NCBI GenBank assembly: GCA_012729475.1
Contig: JAAYDB010000057.1
Span: forward strand, 5,203-69,202
Source: Bacteroidota bacterium
GTDB taxonomy: Bacteria; Bacteroidota; Bacteroidia; Bacteroidales; VadinHA17
Direction: 5' to 3'
DNA: 64,000 nt
Shown here piece by piece: positions 24,711-35,517 of the stretch. How positions within the stretch are numbered: position 1 is the first letter of the stretch; every line of letters starts with the position of its first letter. A program made the position numbers and the translations under genes. Below the pieces are notes generated by a model. That model ran no database searches and was not told the origin of the DNA. It was given only the letters and a program-made list of their open reading frames with translations.

Positions 24711-26861
24711 TTAGAATCTGATTGTGTATTTAACTTTTAACCTTGCTTCATAAATCTCGGGTCTGAAACGTTCCATAGGATCAATAAGCGGTGAGTTATA
24801 TGTAAGGAATATTTCTTTACCTGGCTTAATTATCCATTGAAATCTTGATTGCCAGCCTATAGTCTCACTTTGGTTCTCATACTGGGCAAAGTTATACCAG
24901 TATATTGAAGGACTTATCAGAAAATTGAGATTGATTCTGTATATCTGGGTGATAAAATCTCCTTCCTGCAAATTAACCCATCTTCTGTCCGATTCCAATC
25001 CGAGGTAAACAGGGATACATATTTTATATCCTGCCTGCAGGAGGAGATCGGTTCTGGAACCTGAATAAAAAGAACCGGTGGATATTTTTGTCAGTCCCCA
25101 GACATTTCTTCTTTGGGCTGAGGACATTAATAAACTATGCCTCCAGAAGTTATATTCACCGGCAGGTATTGAAACAGATTCAACGATAGGGAAGTCTGCC
25201 TGTAATTTATCGAACTCATACTGAGAAGACAGGGAGATCATATCGCCGCTTAGAAAAGATATAGCGGAATAAGTAATATTTACCTGGGAGCTTAGAAGAC
25301 CTCCATTTCTGAGATCAGATAGTAAGGTATAGTCCATTCCTGATTTTATCTGAAGGATTCTTGAGTTCTGTGGTCTGGGGCCGAATGTAAAACCTCCATA
25401 GAAGTCCCTTATGTTTTTACGGGGTAAGAAACCAAGCCCGGGAGTGAAATTGTCTCCTATCCTCAGATAGCCGAGCCTGAAGCGGAAGAAATCATTTGGA
25501 TAATTAACTTCAGCGCCGAAAGAAAAATCATCTCCTTCTGTTCCTTTTGTAAATGATTTCACTCCATAGAGATTAATAGCTATGTTTTTATCTCCTGACA
25601 GTTCGGATGTTGCCAGTTTAAGATCTATTCCGGCAAGTGAATTGGATGTTTCAGACAAGGCATTACCGTGAGTTCCTATTAATCCTACCGAAGATTGTTT
25701 CCCGAAATTTCTTACTATGCGTCCGGTACTGTAGCCGGGATTGTCCCATTGATTATCATCTTTTATATGCAGGAATCCAAAGTTCCAGTCACCGGCTTTC
25801 CCGGTGAATTTTGCTCCGTATTTTATTTCAACGGGATTCCCGTCCTTATCGAGTCCTATACGTCTGGAAAAGAAGGGTATCATTCTGGTATTCTGAGGGT
25901 TGGCGTCATCTCCATTAATTCCAAAGATAAAATAATTAGAACCGTCAAGAAAGAAGTCGCGTTTTTCAGGGAAATAAAGGGAGAATCTTGTAAGGTTAAT
26001 CTGTTTTTCATCCACTTCTGTCTGGGCAAAGTCAGTTCTTACTGTCAAAGCTGCTTTAAGTGAGGGAGTTATCTGGTAGAAAGCATCCATTCCGCCATCA
26101 ACAAGCGGTTTGCTGTTGCTTTCCTGTTTTTTGCTGAAGCCTCCTGTCAGGTAAGGGACAAGGTCCAGGCCTATGCCCTGGGTGATATTGGTAAGGCCTG
26201 TAATTTTGCCTGCGTCAGAGATCTGAAATCTTTCAGCATTAAGAGATGTGGCAGGCCAGTATACAGATTCTGATTTTCTTCTGATATGTCTTATGCATTT
26301 TAAGCCCCATGTATCGTTTCCTTTTTTGAAGCCCATTGTCTTGAAAGGTATTACCATTTCGCCTTCCCAGCCAAGGTCTGTTATCCTTGCTCTTCCGTTC
26401 CACAGTCCATCCCATGATTTGTTAAAGTTTTTTCCATTATCATCCACCAGAGCGTCGCCAATACTGCCTCTGGGCCCGAGCTGAAACCAGTATCCGCTTC
26501 TTCCGTCAAAGTAGGTATCGAAAATCAACTGGATACGGTCATCATTGCTGAGATCCACATCTCTCGCCATATCCTTGGCCGTTATCTGGGAAGGATCATC
26601 ATAACATCTCACACCTATGTAAATATTATTTCTGTCGAAGAGAAAGAGAAATTCAGTTTTTTCTGTGGCCGGTTCCCCGTTTTTTGGCAACTGCTGATAA
26701 AACTCATTTATTACAGCAGCTTCAGACCATATCGACTCATTGACAAAACCGTCAATGTCAGGTGGTATGTCAGTGAAGACAGCTTTTATTTCATGTTGGG
26801 AAAAAGATAATAAGGGGCAGGAAAAGATAAATAAAATAATAAATAAAAAACTTCGCATCAT
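24711..26861 (-). CDS. Secreted/outer-membrane protein with CBM9-like N-terminus and DUF5916-like barrel
   Basis: 716 aa, signal peptide, beta-rich, C-terminal aromatic residue. Family recognised from memory only. Confidence 0.5.
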   Translation of the reverse strand: MMRSFLFIILFIFSCPLLSFSQHEIKAVFTDIPPDIDGFVNESIWSEAAVINEFYQQLPKNGEPATEKTEFLFLFDRNNIYIGVRCYDDPSQITAKDMARDVDLSNDDRIQLIFDTYFDGRSGYWFQLGPRGSIGDALVDDNGKNFNKSWDGLWNGRARITDLGWEGEMVIPFKTMGFKKGNDTWGLKCIRHIRRKSESVYWPATSLNAERFQISDAGKITGLTNITQGIGLDLVPYLTGGFSKKQESNSKPLVDGGMDAFYQITPSLKAALTVRTDFAQTEVDEKQINLTRFSLYFPEKRDFFLDGSNYFIFGINGDDANPQNTRMIPFFSRRIGLDKDGNPVEIKYGAKFTGKAGDWNFGFLHIKDDNQWDNPGYSTGRIVRNFGKQSSVGLIGTHGNALSETSNSLAGIDLKLATSELSGDKNIAINLYGVKSFTKGTEGDDFSFGAEVNYPNDFFRFRLGYLRIGDNFTPGLGFLPRKNIRDFYGGFTFGPRPQNSRILQIKSGMDYTLLSDLRNGGLLSSQVNITYSAISFLSGDMISLSSQYEFDKLQADFPIVESVSIPAGEYNFWRHSLLMSSAQRRNVWGLTKISTGSFYSGSRTDLLLQAGYKICIPVYLGLESDRRWVNLQEGDFITQIYRINLNFLISPSIYWYNFAQYENQSETIGWQSRFQWIIKPGKEIFLTYNSPLIDPMERFRPEIYEARLKVKYTIRF

Positions 26862-26954
26862 GATAAGTAATTAATGGCGACAAATATAGCGCCTATAATT
26901 TACTTTACATGTCAAAGCCCCGGTAAAATGCCACTTCTGAATTGTAAAAAAATA

Positions 26955-27860
26955 TTATTGATACCCTTTGATAGTATTTAGTTTATCAAGATAACTTTGT
27001 ACAACAGCTGATTGTGCGTCAATTTCATCCTTGTATTTGCTTTGTATCCTGTCGTTTCTGGGAATAGCATTGGAAGCTTTTTCAATTGCCCTTTCGGCTT
27101 TGCTCAGTCTTTTCTTCGATTTTCTTATAGCTCTTGTAGTTTTTTTATTAGTTTTTTCAAGGCTCTTAAGATAATCTTCTTTCTCTTTCCTGAGGGATTC
27201 ATCTTCCAGGGTAGTTAGCTGTATCTGTTCATCAGCGATGGAGGCTGTTATTGAGGTGAGCTCATTATTGAGAGAGATAAGTCTTTCTCTTTCGTTCGCT
27301 ATGGTACGGTTGCTCTTGACTATTGTTCTCTCCATTCCTGACTGATCTCTTTCAAGTGATCTTACTTCTTTCTCCAGATCTCTTAGCTTGTTTTCTTCTG
27401 CTTTCAATTGCTCCTCAGTCAGTTCTATGTATTGTTCCTTCCCGAATTCAAGCATAAAACTTTTTGCTTTTGAAAGCTCTGAAGCACCTGTAACACTTTC
27501 AATGAACACATCTTTCTTCAGTTCAAAAGCAGCGTTGAGGTAAACACCGTTTTCGGTTTCGGAAAGTGTACTGTAGATGTTTACCGGATTCTCGCTGATA
27601 TCTTTGATGTTGGCACCAAAGACAGACATTTCACCATCTTCAGAGATGACTTTTGATCTGGTTCCTGATTCCAGCACCTTTATCCAGTTTTTTATTGTGT
27701 TGTCAGCTTCTACCTCCGGGATAACTACTGAAATACCGGGAACAATAGTGTTTGCCATAGTAAGGCTGTCTTCCGTGACGATCAAAGGCAGTGCATCCTG
27801 TGCATTCATGACAGCAGAACCTAAAAGAGCAAAAATAATCGTGATACTAATTGTTTTCAT
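26955..27860 (-). CDS. Hypothetical secreted protein with long C-terminal coiled coil
   Basis: Signal peptide MKTISITIIFALLGSAVMNAQ. The C-terminal half is heptad-rich in E/K/L/R. Confidence 0.5.
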   Translation of the reverse strand: MKTISITIIFALLGSAVMNAQDALPLIVTEDSLTMANTIVPGISVVIPEVEADNTIKNWIKVLESGTRSKVISEDGEMSVFGANIKDISENPVNIYSTLSETENGVYLNAAFELKKDVFIESVTGASELSKAKSFMLEFGKEQYIELTEEQLKAEENKLRDLEKEVRSLERDQSGMERTIVKSNRTIANERERLISLNNELTSITASIADEQIQLTTLEDESLRKEKEDYLKSLEKTNKKTTRAIRKSKKRLSKAERAIEKASNAIPRNDRIQSKYKDEIDAQSAVVQSYLDKLNTIKGYQ

Positions 27861-28252
27861 ACCTTTTTAAATTATTATTTCAATGGCCGAATGGAACTTA
27901 CATGATTTTAGCAAGCATCTACTTTTGTTAGTTTCTGCTCATGTAAGTTTCATTTTTTTAGTCTTTGAATACGTATTAACATATTAGTATAAATATATAA
28001 AATATTATTATATTTTTCAATAGCTGATATCACACATTTGAAATTCAGGAAAGCTGATAATGAGGCAGGAAATTAATGAAGGACAAATAGTGAATGACAT
28101 TCAACAGATATTTAAATCAATATAGCAGATATATATAAAAATGTATATGATATTATAATAATAATATTAATTTTGTAATTTATTTGACTATATTGCTTTA
28201 ATTTGTAAATCAGGGTAGTATCCTTGGATAATTAGTAAGTAAACAGATATTT

Positions 28253-29290
28253 ATGACTTTTCAGGCAGAGACAATACACATTTCCTGTGCTAATGATATG
28301 CTCAAGACAGAGGAAATGATAGATTTTATAAAGACCCGTTATGAAAAGACACTGGCCGGTCTTCTCGACATAGTAAAAGTATCAGCACCTGTTGTTGTTC
28401 CTGATGGTACAGGGATAAATGATGATCTAAACGGAACAGAAGAACCAATAAGGTTTCCTATTGCCTCGCTTAACGGGCAGAAGGCTTCGATAATTCAGTC
28501 ACTGGCCAAATGGAAGCGGATGCGCTTGCGTTATTATCATATACCTCCGGGAAAAGGTATTCTGACAGATATGAGGGCTTTAAGGCCTGGAGAGAAGCTT
28601 AGCCCTATTCATTCGGTTTATGTTGATCAGTGGGATTGGGAAAAAAGTATCTTTCCGGAGCAGCGAAACCTTAAGCTTCTCAAATCGACTGTTGAAATTA
28701 TCTATAAATCCATTCGTCTTCTTGAGGATGAGTTATTTGAAAGATATTCCTGGATCACTCCTCAGCTACCTCCTTTTATAACCTTCATTCATGCGGAAGA
28801 ACTATGCAGAATGTATCCTGAACTTACACCAAAGCAGAGGGAACATGAGGCAACGAAAAAGTTTAAAGCAATCTTCATTATGGGTATCGGTAATGAACTG
28901 ACTGATGGAAAACCTCATGATCAGAGAGCTCCTGATTATGATGACTGGAGTACGCTAAATGAGGAGGGTTTTTATGGTTTGAACGGAGATATTCTTTTCT
29001 GGAATCCGGTTTTAAATTCTGCTTTTGAAATATCATCGATGGGTATACGTGTGGATCCCAGATCCATGGAAAGGCAACTGGAGATCTCCGGTTGTCAGGA
29101 CAGAAAAAACCTGTTATTTCACAAGCTTCTGCTTGATGGTCAGCTGCCTCTCAGTATAGGCGGGGGAATAGGCCAATCCAGATTATGTATGTTTCTTCTT
29201 AAGAAACTACATATAGGAGAAGTCCAATCCAGTGTCTGGCCAACAGAAGTAATGAAGAAATATGAAGGGAAGGACGTGAAGCTTCTGTAA
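28253..29290 (+). CDS. asnA: Aspartate--ammonia ligase (asparagine synthetase A)
   Basis: LAKWKR, LSPIHSVYVDQWDWEK, RAPDYDDWS, GGGIGQSRL match E. coli AsnA closely. Confidence 0.93.
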   Translation: MTFQAETIHISCANDMLKTEEMIDFIKTRYEKTLAGLLDIVKVSAPVVVPDGTGINDDLNGTEEPIRFPIASLNGQKASIIQSLAKWKRMRLRYYHIPPGKGILTDMRALRPGEKLSPIHSVYVDQWDWEKSIFPEQRNLKLLKSTVEIIYKSIRLLEDELFERYSWITPQLPPFITFIHAEELCRMYPELTPKQREHEATKKFKAIFIMGIGNELTDGKPHDQRAPDYDDWSTLNEEGFYGLNGDILFWNPVLNSAFEISSMGIRVDPRSMERQLEISGCQDRKNLLFHKLLLDGQLPLSIGGGIGQSRLCMFLLKKLHIGEVQSSVWPTEVMKKYEGKDVKLL

Positions 29291-29365
29291 TTTTTGTTAT
29301 CTTTTCTGAACATATTAACAATGCGATAACAATGTCTTATTGTTCAATGTGCTTTTTTATCATTT

Positions 29366-30487
29366 ATGAAAATAATTGCAGATGACAAGATCCCTTTTCT
29401 GAAAGGTGTACTGGAACCTTTTGCGGAAGTGGTCTATCTTCCGGGTAGTGAAATAAACAGAGAAATAGTTTTGGATGCCGATGCTTTGCTGACAAGAACA
29501 AGGACGAAGTGTACATCTTCATTTCTCAAGGGAACAAAATTGAAATTTATCGGTACAGCTACCATTGGTTTTGATCATATTGATACGGATTATTGTCAGA
29601 AGAATAATATTTTCTGGACAAATGCTCCGGGTTGTAATTCTTCTTCTGTTCAACAGTATATGATTTCTGCCATACTCAAAGCAGCAGAAAAAAGTCATTT
29701 TGCTTTGCGTGGCAAGACCATTGGTATTGTAGGAGCAGGGAATGTAGGTTCAAAAGTTGAAAAATTCGCCAGGCTGACAGGGATGAAGGTTTTGGTTAAT
29801 GATCCTCCGAGAGCCCGGAGGGAAGGTGGAAATAATTTTGTGGATCTGCCGGTTGTGCTGAGAGAAGCCGATATGATAACTTTTCATGTGCCTCTCAATA
29901 TGTCGGGTTCAGATAAAACGTGGCATCTTTTTAATATGGGAGTATCGGGTGTTATGAAAAAGGGGGTATGGGTTTTTAACACTTCACGCGGAGAGGTCAC
30001 TGATACTGATACTTTGAAAAATATTATACGAAGCGGACTGGCCGGTGGAGTGGTTCTTGATGTGTGGGAAAACGAACCCTGTATTGATACATCTCTTATG
30101 GCGGAGGTTTTTTTGGCAACTCCTCATATTGCAGGTTATTCAGCTGATGGAAAGGCAAACGGAACTTCAATAATAGTGAATGCCCTTTGCGACTATTTCA
30201 GTTTGCCATTGAGGAAATGGTATCCCTCTGTTCCTTCTCCACCTGAACCTCTGATCCGCATAGACACCACAGGGAAAAAGGATGAAGAAATAATAAGAGA
30301 AGCTGTCATGCACACTTATAATGTTGGTAAGGATGATAGTGATTTAAGGTCTGACCCGGCTTTATTTGAAAAGCTGAGGGGTGACTATGGTTTACGGCGT
30401 GAGTTTTCAGCTTATACAACAGAACTATTGCCATATTCTTCTGATGTTGCCGGAGTTCTGAAAGAAATGGGCTTCAGTGTAAAATAA
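29366..30487 (+). CDS. pdxB: 4-phosphoerythronate dehydrogenase
   Basis: FIGTATIGFDHID, GIVGAGNVGSKV, HIAGYSADGKANGT and the PdxB-type C-terminal dimerisation domain. Confidence 0.88.
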   Translation: MKIIADDKIPFLKGVLEPFAEVVYLPGSEINREIVLDADALLTRTRTKCTSSFLKGTKLKFIGTATIGFDHIDTDYCQKNNIFWTNAPGCNSSSVQQYMISAILKAAEKSHFALRGKTIGIVGAGNVGSKVEKFARLTGMKVLVNDPPRARREGGNNFVDLPVVLREADMITFHVPLNMSGSDKTWHLFNMGVSGVMKKGVWVFNTSRGEVTDTDTLKNIIRSGLAGGVVLDVWENEPCIDTSLMAEVFLATPHIAGYSADGKANGTSIIVNALCDYFSLPLRKWYPSVPSPPEPLIRIDTTGKKDEEIIREAVMHTYNVGKDDSDLRSDPALFEKLRGDYGLRREFSAYTTELLPYSSDVAGVLKEMGFSVK

Positions 30488-30527
30488 TAATCTGTACTTT
30501 ATTCTTCCTGTGTCATCTTTAAAGTAT

Positions 30528-30554
30528 ATCTGACTTCTGATCAGATCTTTTTTT
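30528..30554 (+). terminator. Weak intrinsic terminator after pdxB
   Basis: Stem ATCTGA / TCAGAT with a 7-nt loop, then CTTTTTTTT. Confidence 0.35.
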
Positions 30555-30563
30555 ACGATTCTT

Positions 30564-30571
30564 TATCTTTG
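30564..30571 (+). promoter_or_regulatory. -7 promoter box TATCTTTG upstream of the Crp/Fnr gene
   Basis: TAnnTTTG match 12 nt before the ATG, implying a very short leader. Confidence 0.35.
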
Positions 30572-30582
30572 CCTGACAGATT

Positions 30583-31254
30583 ATGGATTATTCAGTTCTT
30601 GTTAAGTCGCCTCTCTTTTCACGTTTTTCTGAGAATGAAACGGAATCTCTTCTCTCTGGGATACGCTATCGTATACGGAAATATAAAAGAGGCTCCATAA
30701 TAGCTGTGGCTGGTGAACCTGTCGATGCCCTAATGCTCTTATTAAGCGGCACAGCCAGGGGCGAGATAGCCGGTTTTAACGGGAGGATAACCATGATCGA
30801 AGAGGTTTTTTCGCCAGGGACACTTGCTGCTGCTTTTATTTTTGCACGGCAAAGCAATATGCCGGTTAATCTGACAGCTGTTACTGATGTTGAATTACTT
30901 GTTATTGACAGGTGCGAATTATTAAAACTAATGTTAATCAATGAAAAGTTTCTTATTAATTTCATGGAAGTTATTTCCAACAGGGCTCATTTTCTGTCGG
31001 AAAGACTGAGATTTTTTAATTTCAAAACGATAAAAGGGAAGCTTGCCGGATATTTTCTGGAGAAGGCCGGTAATGGCAATCATGAATTTCATCTTGATGT
31101 TACTCAAAATGAACTGGCTGTTTATTTTGGAGTGACCCGGCCATCTCTTTCAAGGGCTTTGTGTGAGATGCGAAAGGAAAAAATAATCGATTTCAACAGG
31201 AAACGGATAAAAATAACAGACAGAGACAGGTTGTCAGAACTTACAGGTGAATGA
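30583..31254 (+). CDS. Crp/Fnr-family transcriptional regulator
   Basis: cNMP-binding beta-roll followed by a C-terminal HTH (TQNELAVYFGVTRPSLSRALCEM). No N-terminal FNR Cys cluster. Confidence 0.8.
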   Translation: MDYSVLVKSPLFSRFSENETESLLSGIRYRIRKYKRGSIIAVAGEPVDALMLLLSGTARGEIAGFNGRITMIEEVFSPGTLAAAFIFARQSNMPVNLTAVTDVELLVIDRCELLKLMLINEKFLINFMEVISNRAHFLSERLRFFNFKTIKGKLAGYFLEKAGNGNHEFHLDVTQNELAVYFGVTRPSLSRALCEMRKEKIIDFNRKRIKITDRDRLSELTGE

Positions 31255-31272
31255 TTTTTATATTAACGGTTA

Positions 31273-33327
31273 TTACTTTAAAGGCAGAAAAATGGAGAAA
31301 CATGTTCCTGCGCCTTCGGTGCTTTCAACATTTATTGAGCCTTTATTAATAAGAATAAGCTCATAACACAGTTTTAATCCCAGTCCGGTTCCTTTTTCAT
31401 TTTCCGTACCGGGAGTACTTATTATTTCTTTGGAGGTAAAAAGGTATTTCTTTTTTCCTTCAGATATGCCGATTCCGTTATCACATATTTTAACCATTAA
31501 ATTATTGTCGTGGTCAGTTTTGTCTTTTAAAAGTATACTTATTCTGCCTCCCCTGGCAGTATATTTAATTGCATTTGAGAGAAGATTACGTATCACTATA
31601 TCAAGAAGATCTTTGTCGATGAAAGCCATCGAACTACCGATCTGGGTGAAATTCATGGATATTTCTTTTTCATCTGCTGTCTCCTTGAAGATGCTCAGGT
31701 TGGTAAGAATAATATCAGCCAGATTATGCCGGTCAGGAGTGTATTTAATCTTATCCTCCTGTCCTCTGCCCCATACAAGCATGTTTTCCAGAAGGGATAT
31801 GACCATTTGTGCATATTCAATACTTGAATTAGTGAACTGATCAAGATTATCCCTATTTTCTTTTTCTTTAAGAAGATTGAGCATATACAGGATGTTTACC
31901 ACCGGGCTCCTCAAGTCGTGTGCCACCACAGAAAATATTTTATTCTTTAAGTGAATAGTTTCTGTTAATTGTTTGTTTTGCTGTGCAATCCTGCTATTTT
32001 GTTTTTCTATCTCTTCTTTTTGTGTCTTTAATTCTTCGGTTCTTTCATTTACAAGTGATTCAAGGTTGCGGTTCAGAAATTCCAGTTCATTTTGCAGTTT
32101 GTCTTTTTCAGAATATGATTTTACCCATTTATAGAGTAGAAGAGCAGCCTGTACGATAATAAATAAAACAATATGATATGATAGTATATATCCGTAACTG
32201 GTTGATGATTTTCCCAAAGAAACTCTTATATCGTGCATTCCCCCTGCAATGAGCAGGATAAAAGTGAGGAAATAAATGATGTCGAGACTGTTTTTATTCA
32301 GAATGCCTCTAAAGCTTTTATAGACTGCGTATGACATCAGTATTATGATGGCAGGGTATATTGCCATGGTATTATAACTGAATATCCTTACAGGGAGAAA
32401 AAAAGTCAGGATGAATGAAATTGAAAAATATATAGCGGTAATTTTTGCAAATAATCTGAAAAACTTTGAAGGATATACCGTTGCAGTAAACCATATAAAT
32501 CCTGTAATTATCAGATATAAACCCAAATATTCACTTCTCACTATCCAGTCCCAGTCAATAGTGATGATATTGTTTATAAGGAAGTGTGATGTAAGCAATG
32601 GCCTGAGAGCCAGCCCGATAGTAGCCAGGGAAAAATATAGCATGGCTTTTTCTTTGGGATATGTAAGAAAGAAAAAAAGAAAGAATAGTGAGAAACCCAG
32701 TAAAAGGCTGAATATACACCAGTCAAAGGCCCAGTTATTTGCAACTCTTTTTTTAAGTTTATCGTATGTTCCGATATTTACAGGTAACCAGAAACCTCCC
32801 CGGCGATGAGAATAATTAGCCACATTAATAATAATTGACAATGTATCAGAATCAGGTTCAAATCTGATAAGATTTCTTGAATATCCGGGTTTTGTTTCTT
32901 CGGCTGATTTGCCGGGTATTCCATTCCCTCCGTGATATTCTCCGTTGATATACAGATCATAGGATGAATCAAATACAGGCATGTCGAAGCCAAGTGGTTT
33001 ACGGAAGCCCTTGGGAAGAAGGACTGTCAGTTTGTAAGTGGCATAGCCTTTCCCCTGTGTATTAATTGAATTATCAGAATAATCTGTCCAGTAAGAGGGG
33101 ATTTTTCCATAAAGATCAGGTTTCAGATTTTCTGTCTGGAAATTATGAGGACGTAATAATTTTTTCCAGTAAAACTCCCATTCTCCGTTAAGCTTAAGAA
33201 GAAACTCCTCATCTGTCATTTCTCTGAGATCAAAGATCCCTTTATCTGCTCTGGGAGATACTCCTTTTATCTCATTAGATAATGAAGTTGCTATAATAAG
33301 TAATAAAAGTGGGAGCAGGTGTTTCAT
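31273..33327 (-). CDS. 7TMR-DISM-type sensor histidine kinase
   Basis: Signal peptide, extracellular domain, 7 TM helices, coiled coil, H-box SVVAHDLRSP, N/G boxes (NAIKYT, DNGIGI, GTGLGL). Confidence 0.85.
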   Translation of the reverse strand: MKHLLPLLLLIIATSLSNEIKGVSPRADKGIFDLREMTDEEFLLKLNGEWEFYWKKLLRPHNFQTENLKPDLYGKIPSYWTDYSDNSINTQGKGYATYKLTVLLPKGFRKPLGFDMPVFDSSYDLYINGEYHGGNGIPGKSAEETKPGYSRNLIRFEPDSDTLSIIINVANYSHRRGGFWLPVNIGTYDKLKKRVANNWAFDWCIFSLLLGFSLFFLFFFLTYPKEKAMLYFSLATIGLALRPLLTSHFLINNIITIDWDWIVRSEYLGLYLIITGFIWFTATVYPSKFFRLFAKITAIYFSISFILTFFLPVRIFSYNTMAIYPAIIILMSYAVYKSFRGILNKNSLDIIYFLTFILLIAGGMHDIRVSLGKSSTSYGYILSYHIVLFIIVQAALLLYKWVKSYSEKDKLQNELEFLNRNLESLVNERTEELKTQKEEIEKQNSRIAQQNKQLTETIHLKNKIFSVVAHDLRSPVVNILYMLNLLKEKENRDNLDQFTNSSIEYAQMVISLLENMLVWGRGQEDKIKYTPDRHNLADIILTNLSIFKETADEKEISMNFTQIGSSMAFIDKDLLDIVIRNLLSNAIKYTARGGRISILLKDKTDHDNNLMVKICDNGIGISEGKKKYLFTSKEIISTPGTENEKGTGLGLKLCYELILINKGSINVESTEGAGTCFSIFLPLK

Positions 33328-35435
33328 TTAAGTCCTCTGTTAATAAGGAGGGCATCCACACCCGGTTCTTTTCCTCTGAAGGCGATATACATTTCAAGGG
33401 GGTCTCCTGTCCCTCCTCTTGAAAGTATTTCCTTTTCAAATTTTGAAGCTATTTCCCTGTTAAAAATATCGCCTGTTTCCTTAAAGGCCTGGAAAGCGTC
33501 GGCGTCGAGCATCTCACTCCAGTAGTAACTGTAATATCCTGAAGCGTATCCACTTGCCCAGATATGGTTGAAATATGTTGACCTGTACCGGGGTTTGATT
33601 TCCGGTATCAGACCGTACTTATCAAGTGTTTTCTTTTCAAATTCCCTGATGTTCAGATTGACAGGTTCAGTAAGCATGTGGTATTCCATATCAAGCAGAG
33701 CTGCAGCCAGAAACTCTGTAGTAGCAAAACCTGTATTGAATTGGCCAGATTTAACGAGTTTATCGACGATTTCAGAAGGTATAATTTCTTCTGTCTCGTA
33801 ATGTTTTGCGTAAACCTTCAGAACTTCCGGTTCAAAGACCCAGTGTTCCATTATCTGGGATGGCAGTTCAACAAAATCACGGGGGACAGCTGTTCCTGTG
33901 AAACCAGGGAAGGTGGAGTTTGACAGGAGTTGGTGAAGAGCATGGCCAAATTCATGGAACAGTGTTTCTGCTTCTGTTGGCGTGAGCAGAGCCGGTTTAT
34001 CACCGGTGGGAGGAGTTGAATTTGTTACCATCGTTACTACGGGTGTTATCATCCTGCCTTCAGTATCTCGTATCTGGCTTCTGTAAACACCGCACCATGC
34101 ACCGCCACGTTTTGACTCTCTCGGATAATTATCTATCATAAGGACACCAACATGTTCTCCGTCCCTGCTAACCTCGAAAGTAACCACGTCCGGATGATAT
34201 TCAGGTATATCCGTCCTTTCTGAAAAGTCGAGATTATAAAGTCTGTTAGCTACATAGAACATTCCTGATATGACATTGTCTATTTTAAAGTAAGGACGTG
34301 TTAATTCGTCATCCAGGTCGTACTTTTCCTTTCTTATTTTCTCAGTATAATACCACCAGTCCCATGGTTCCAGTCTGAATTTTCCATTTTCTCTGTTTAT
34401 CATTTGCTGTTGGGCTGTTGCTTCTGCTTTTGTAACAGGTATGGCCGCATTCCATACCTGAGTAAGGAAATCAATTACTCTGTCGGGGCTCTTTGCCATG
34501 TTTTTTTCAAGGATATATGAGGCATAGTTGTTATAGCCGAGAAGTATAGCCTTTTCAAGCCTTAGCCTGGCAATGTCTGCAATTATTTCTTTATTGTCGT
34601 TTTCATTGTCATTATCACCTTTCATAAAATAGGCGGTAAATAATTTTTCCCTGAGGTCACGCCTGTCAGAATACTGTAGAAAAGGAGTCATACTTGGTAC
34701 CTGCAGTGTGAAGACCCATTTGTTGTCAAGCCCCATTGTCTTAGCCAGCGAGGCAGCCTGTGCTTTTACTCCTTCGGGAAGTCCTGTCAGATCTTCTTCC
34801 TTGTCAATTATCAGTTTGAAGCCGTTTGTCTCAGCAAGCAGATTCTGGCTAAACTGTACTGAAAGAAGAGACAGTTCTTCATTTATCTTGCGTAACACTT
34901 CCTTATCTTCAGGTGGCAGGGCAGCACCCCCTCTTACAAAATCACTGTAAGTCTCTTCGAGGACTTTACTTTCTTCGGAAGTCAGATTGAATTTTTCTTT
35001 ATTCTCATACACTATCCTGATTCTGTCGAAAAGACTGTCGTTTAGACTGATATCGTCATTATGCTTAGACAGAAGAGGAGCTATCTCTTTCTGAATTGAC
35101 TGAAGAGTGTCATTAGTATGAGCTGAATTGAGGCCTCCGAAAACTCGACTCACTCTTGTAAGAAGCTGCCCGCTGTAAATGAATGGTTTTATAGTATTAT
35201 CAAAGGTGGGCTCTTCAGGATTATTGATAATTTCTTTTATCTCTTCCTTATGTTCCGCGAAACCGTTTAAGTAGGCAGGCATATAATGAGCAGCCCTAAT
35301 CTTATCAAAAGGGGGGACCTCATAAGGGGTATCCCATTCGTTGAAAAACGGATTGTCACTCTTGGTTTCTTTCATGCAGCCTGTAAATAAAATTGCTGTA
35401 CCCAGTAGTAATAAACTGATTCTTTTCATGTCCAC
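33324..35435 (-). CDS. dcp: M3-family peptidyl-dipeptidase
   Basis: 703 aa, lipoprotein-type signal (TGC), HEFGHALH zinc motif. Confidence 0.88.
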   Translation of the reverse strand: MDMKRISLLLLGTAILFTGCMKETKSDNPFFNEWDTPYEVPPFDKIRAAHYMPAYLNGFAEHKEEIKEIINNPEEPTFDNTIKPFIYSGQLLTRVSRVFGGLNSAHTNDTLQSIQKEIAPLLSKHNDDISLNDSLFDRIRIVYENKEKFNLTSEESKVLEETYSDFVRGGAALPPEDKEVLRKINEELSLLSVQFSQNLLAETNGFKLIIDKEEDLTGLPEGVKAQAASLAKTMGLDNKWVFTLQVPSMTPFLQYSDRRDLREKLFTAYFMKGDNDNENDNKEIIADIARLRLEKAILLGYNNYASYILEKNMAKSPDRVIDFLTQVWNAAIPVTKAEATAQQQMINRENGKFRLEPWDWWYYTEKIRKEKYDLDDELTRPYFKIDNVISGMFYVANRLYNLDFSERTDIPEYHPDVVTFEVSRDGEHVGVLMIDNYPRESKRGGAWCGVYRSQIRDTEGRMITPVVTMVTNSTPPTGDKPALLTPTEAETLFHEFGHALHQLLSNSTFPGFTGTAVPRDFVELPSQIMEHWVFEPEVLKVYAKHYETEEIIPSEIVDKLVKSGQFNTGFATTEFLAAALLDMEYHMLTEPVNLNIREFEKKTLDKYGLIPEIKPRYRSTYFNHIWASGYASGYYSYYWSEMLDADAFQAFKETGDIFNREIASKFEKEILSRGGTGDPLEMYIAFRGKEPGVDALLINRGLK

Positions 35436-35517
35436 GTGTCAGGTTTATGATTTTGTGATGTCTAAAATACAAAATTGATTTTATAGTTCTATAATAAAAC
35501 ATTTAAATCGTATTATT

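Noticed and set aside
27882-27894. 13-mer AATGGCCGAATGG shared with 35578-35590 in another intergenic region
   Set aside because: Tens of 13-nt matches are expected by chance among all position pairs in a 64-kb window, and there is no extended similarity around them.
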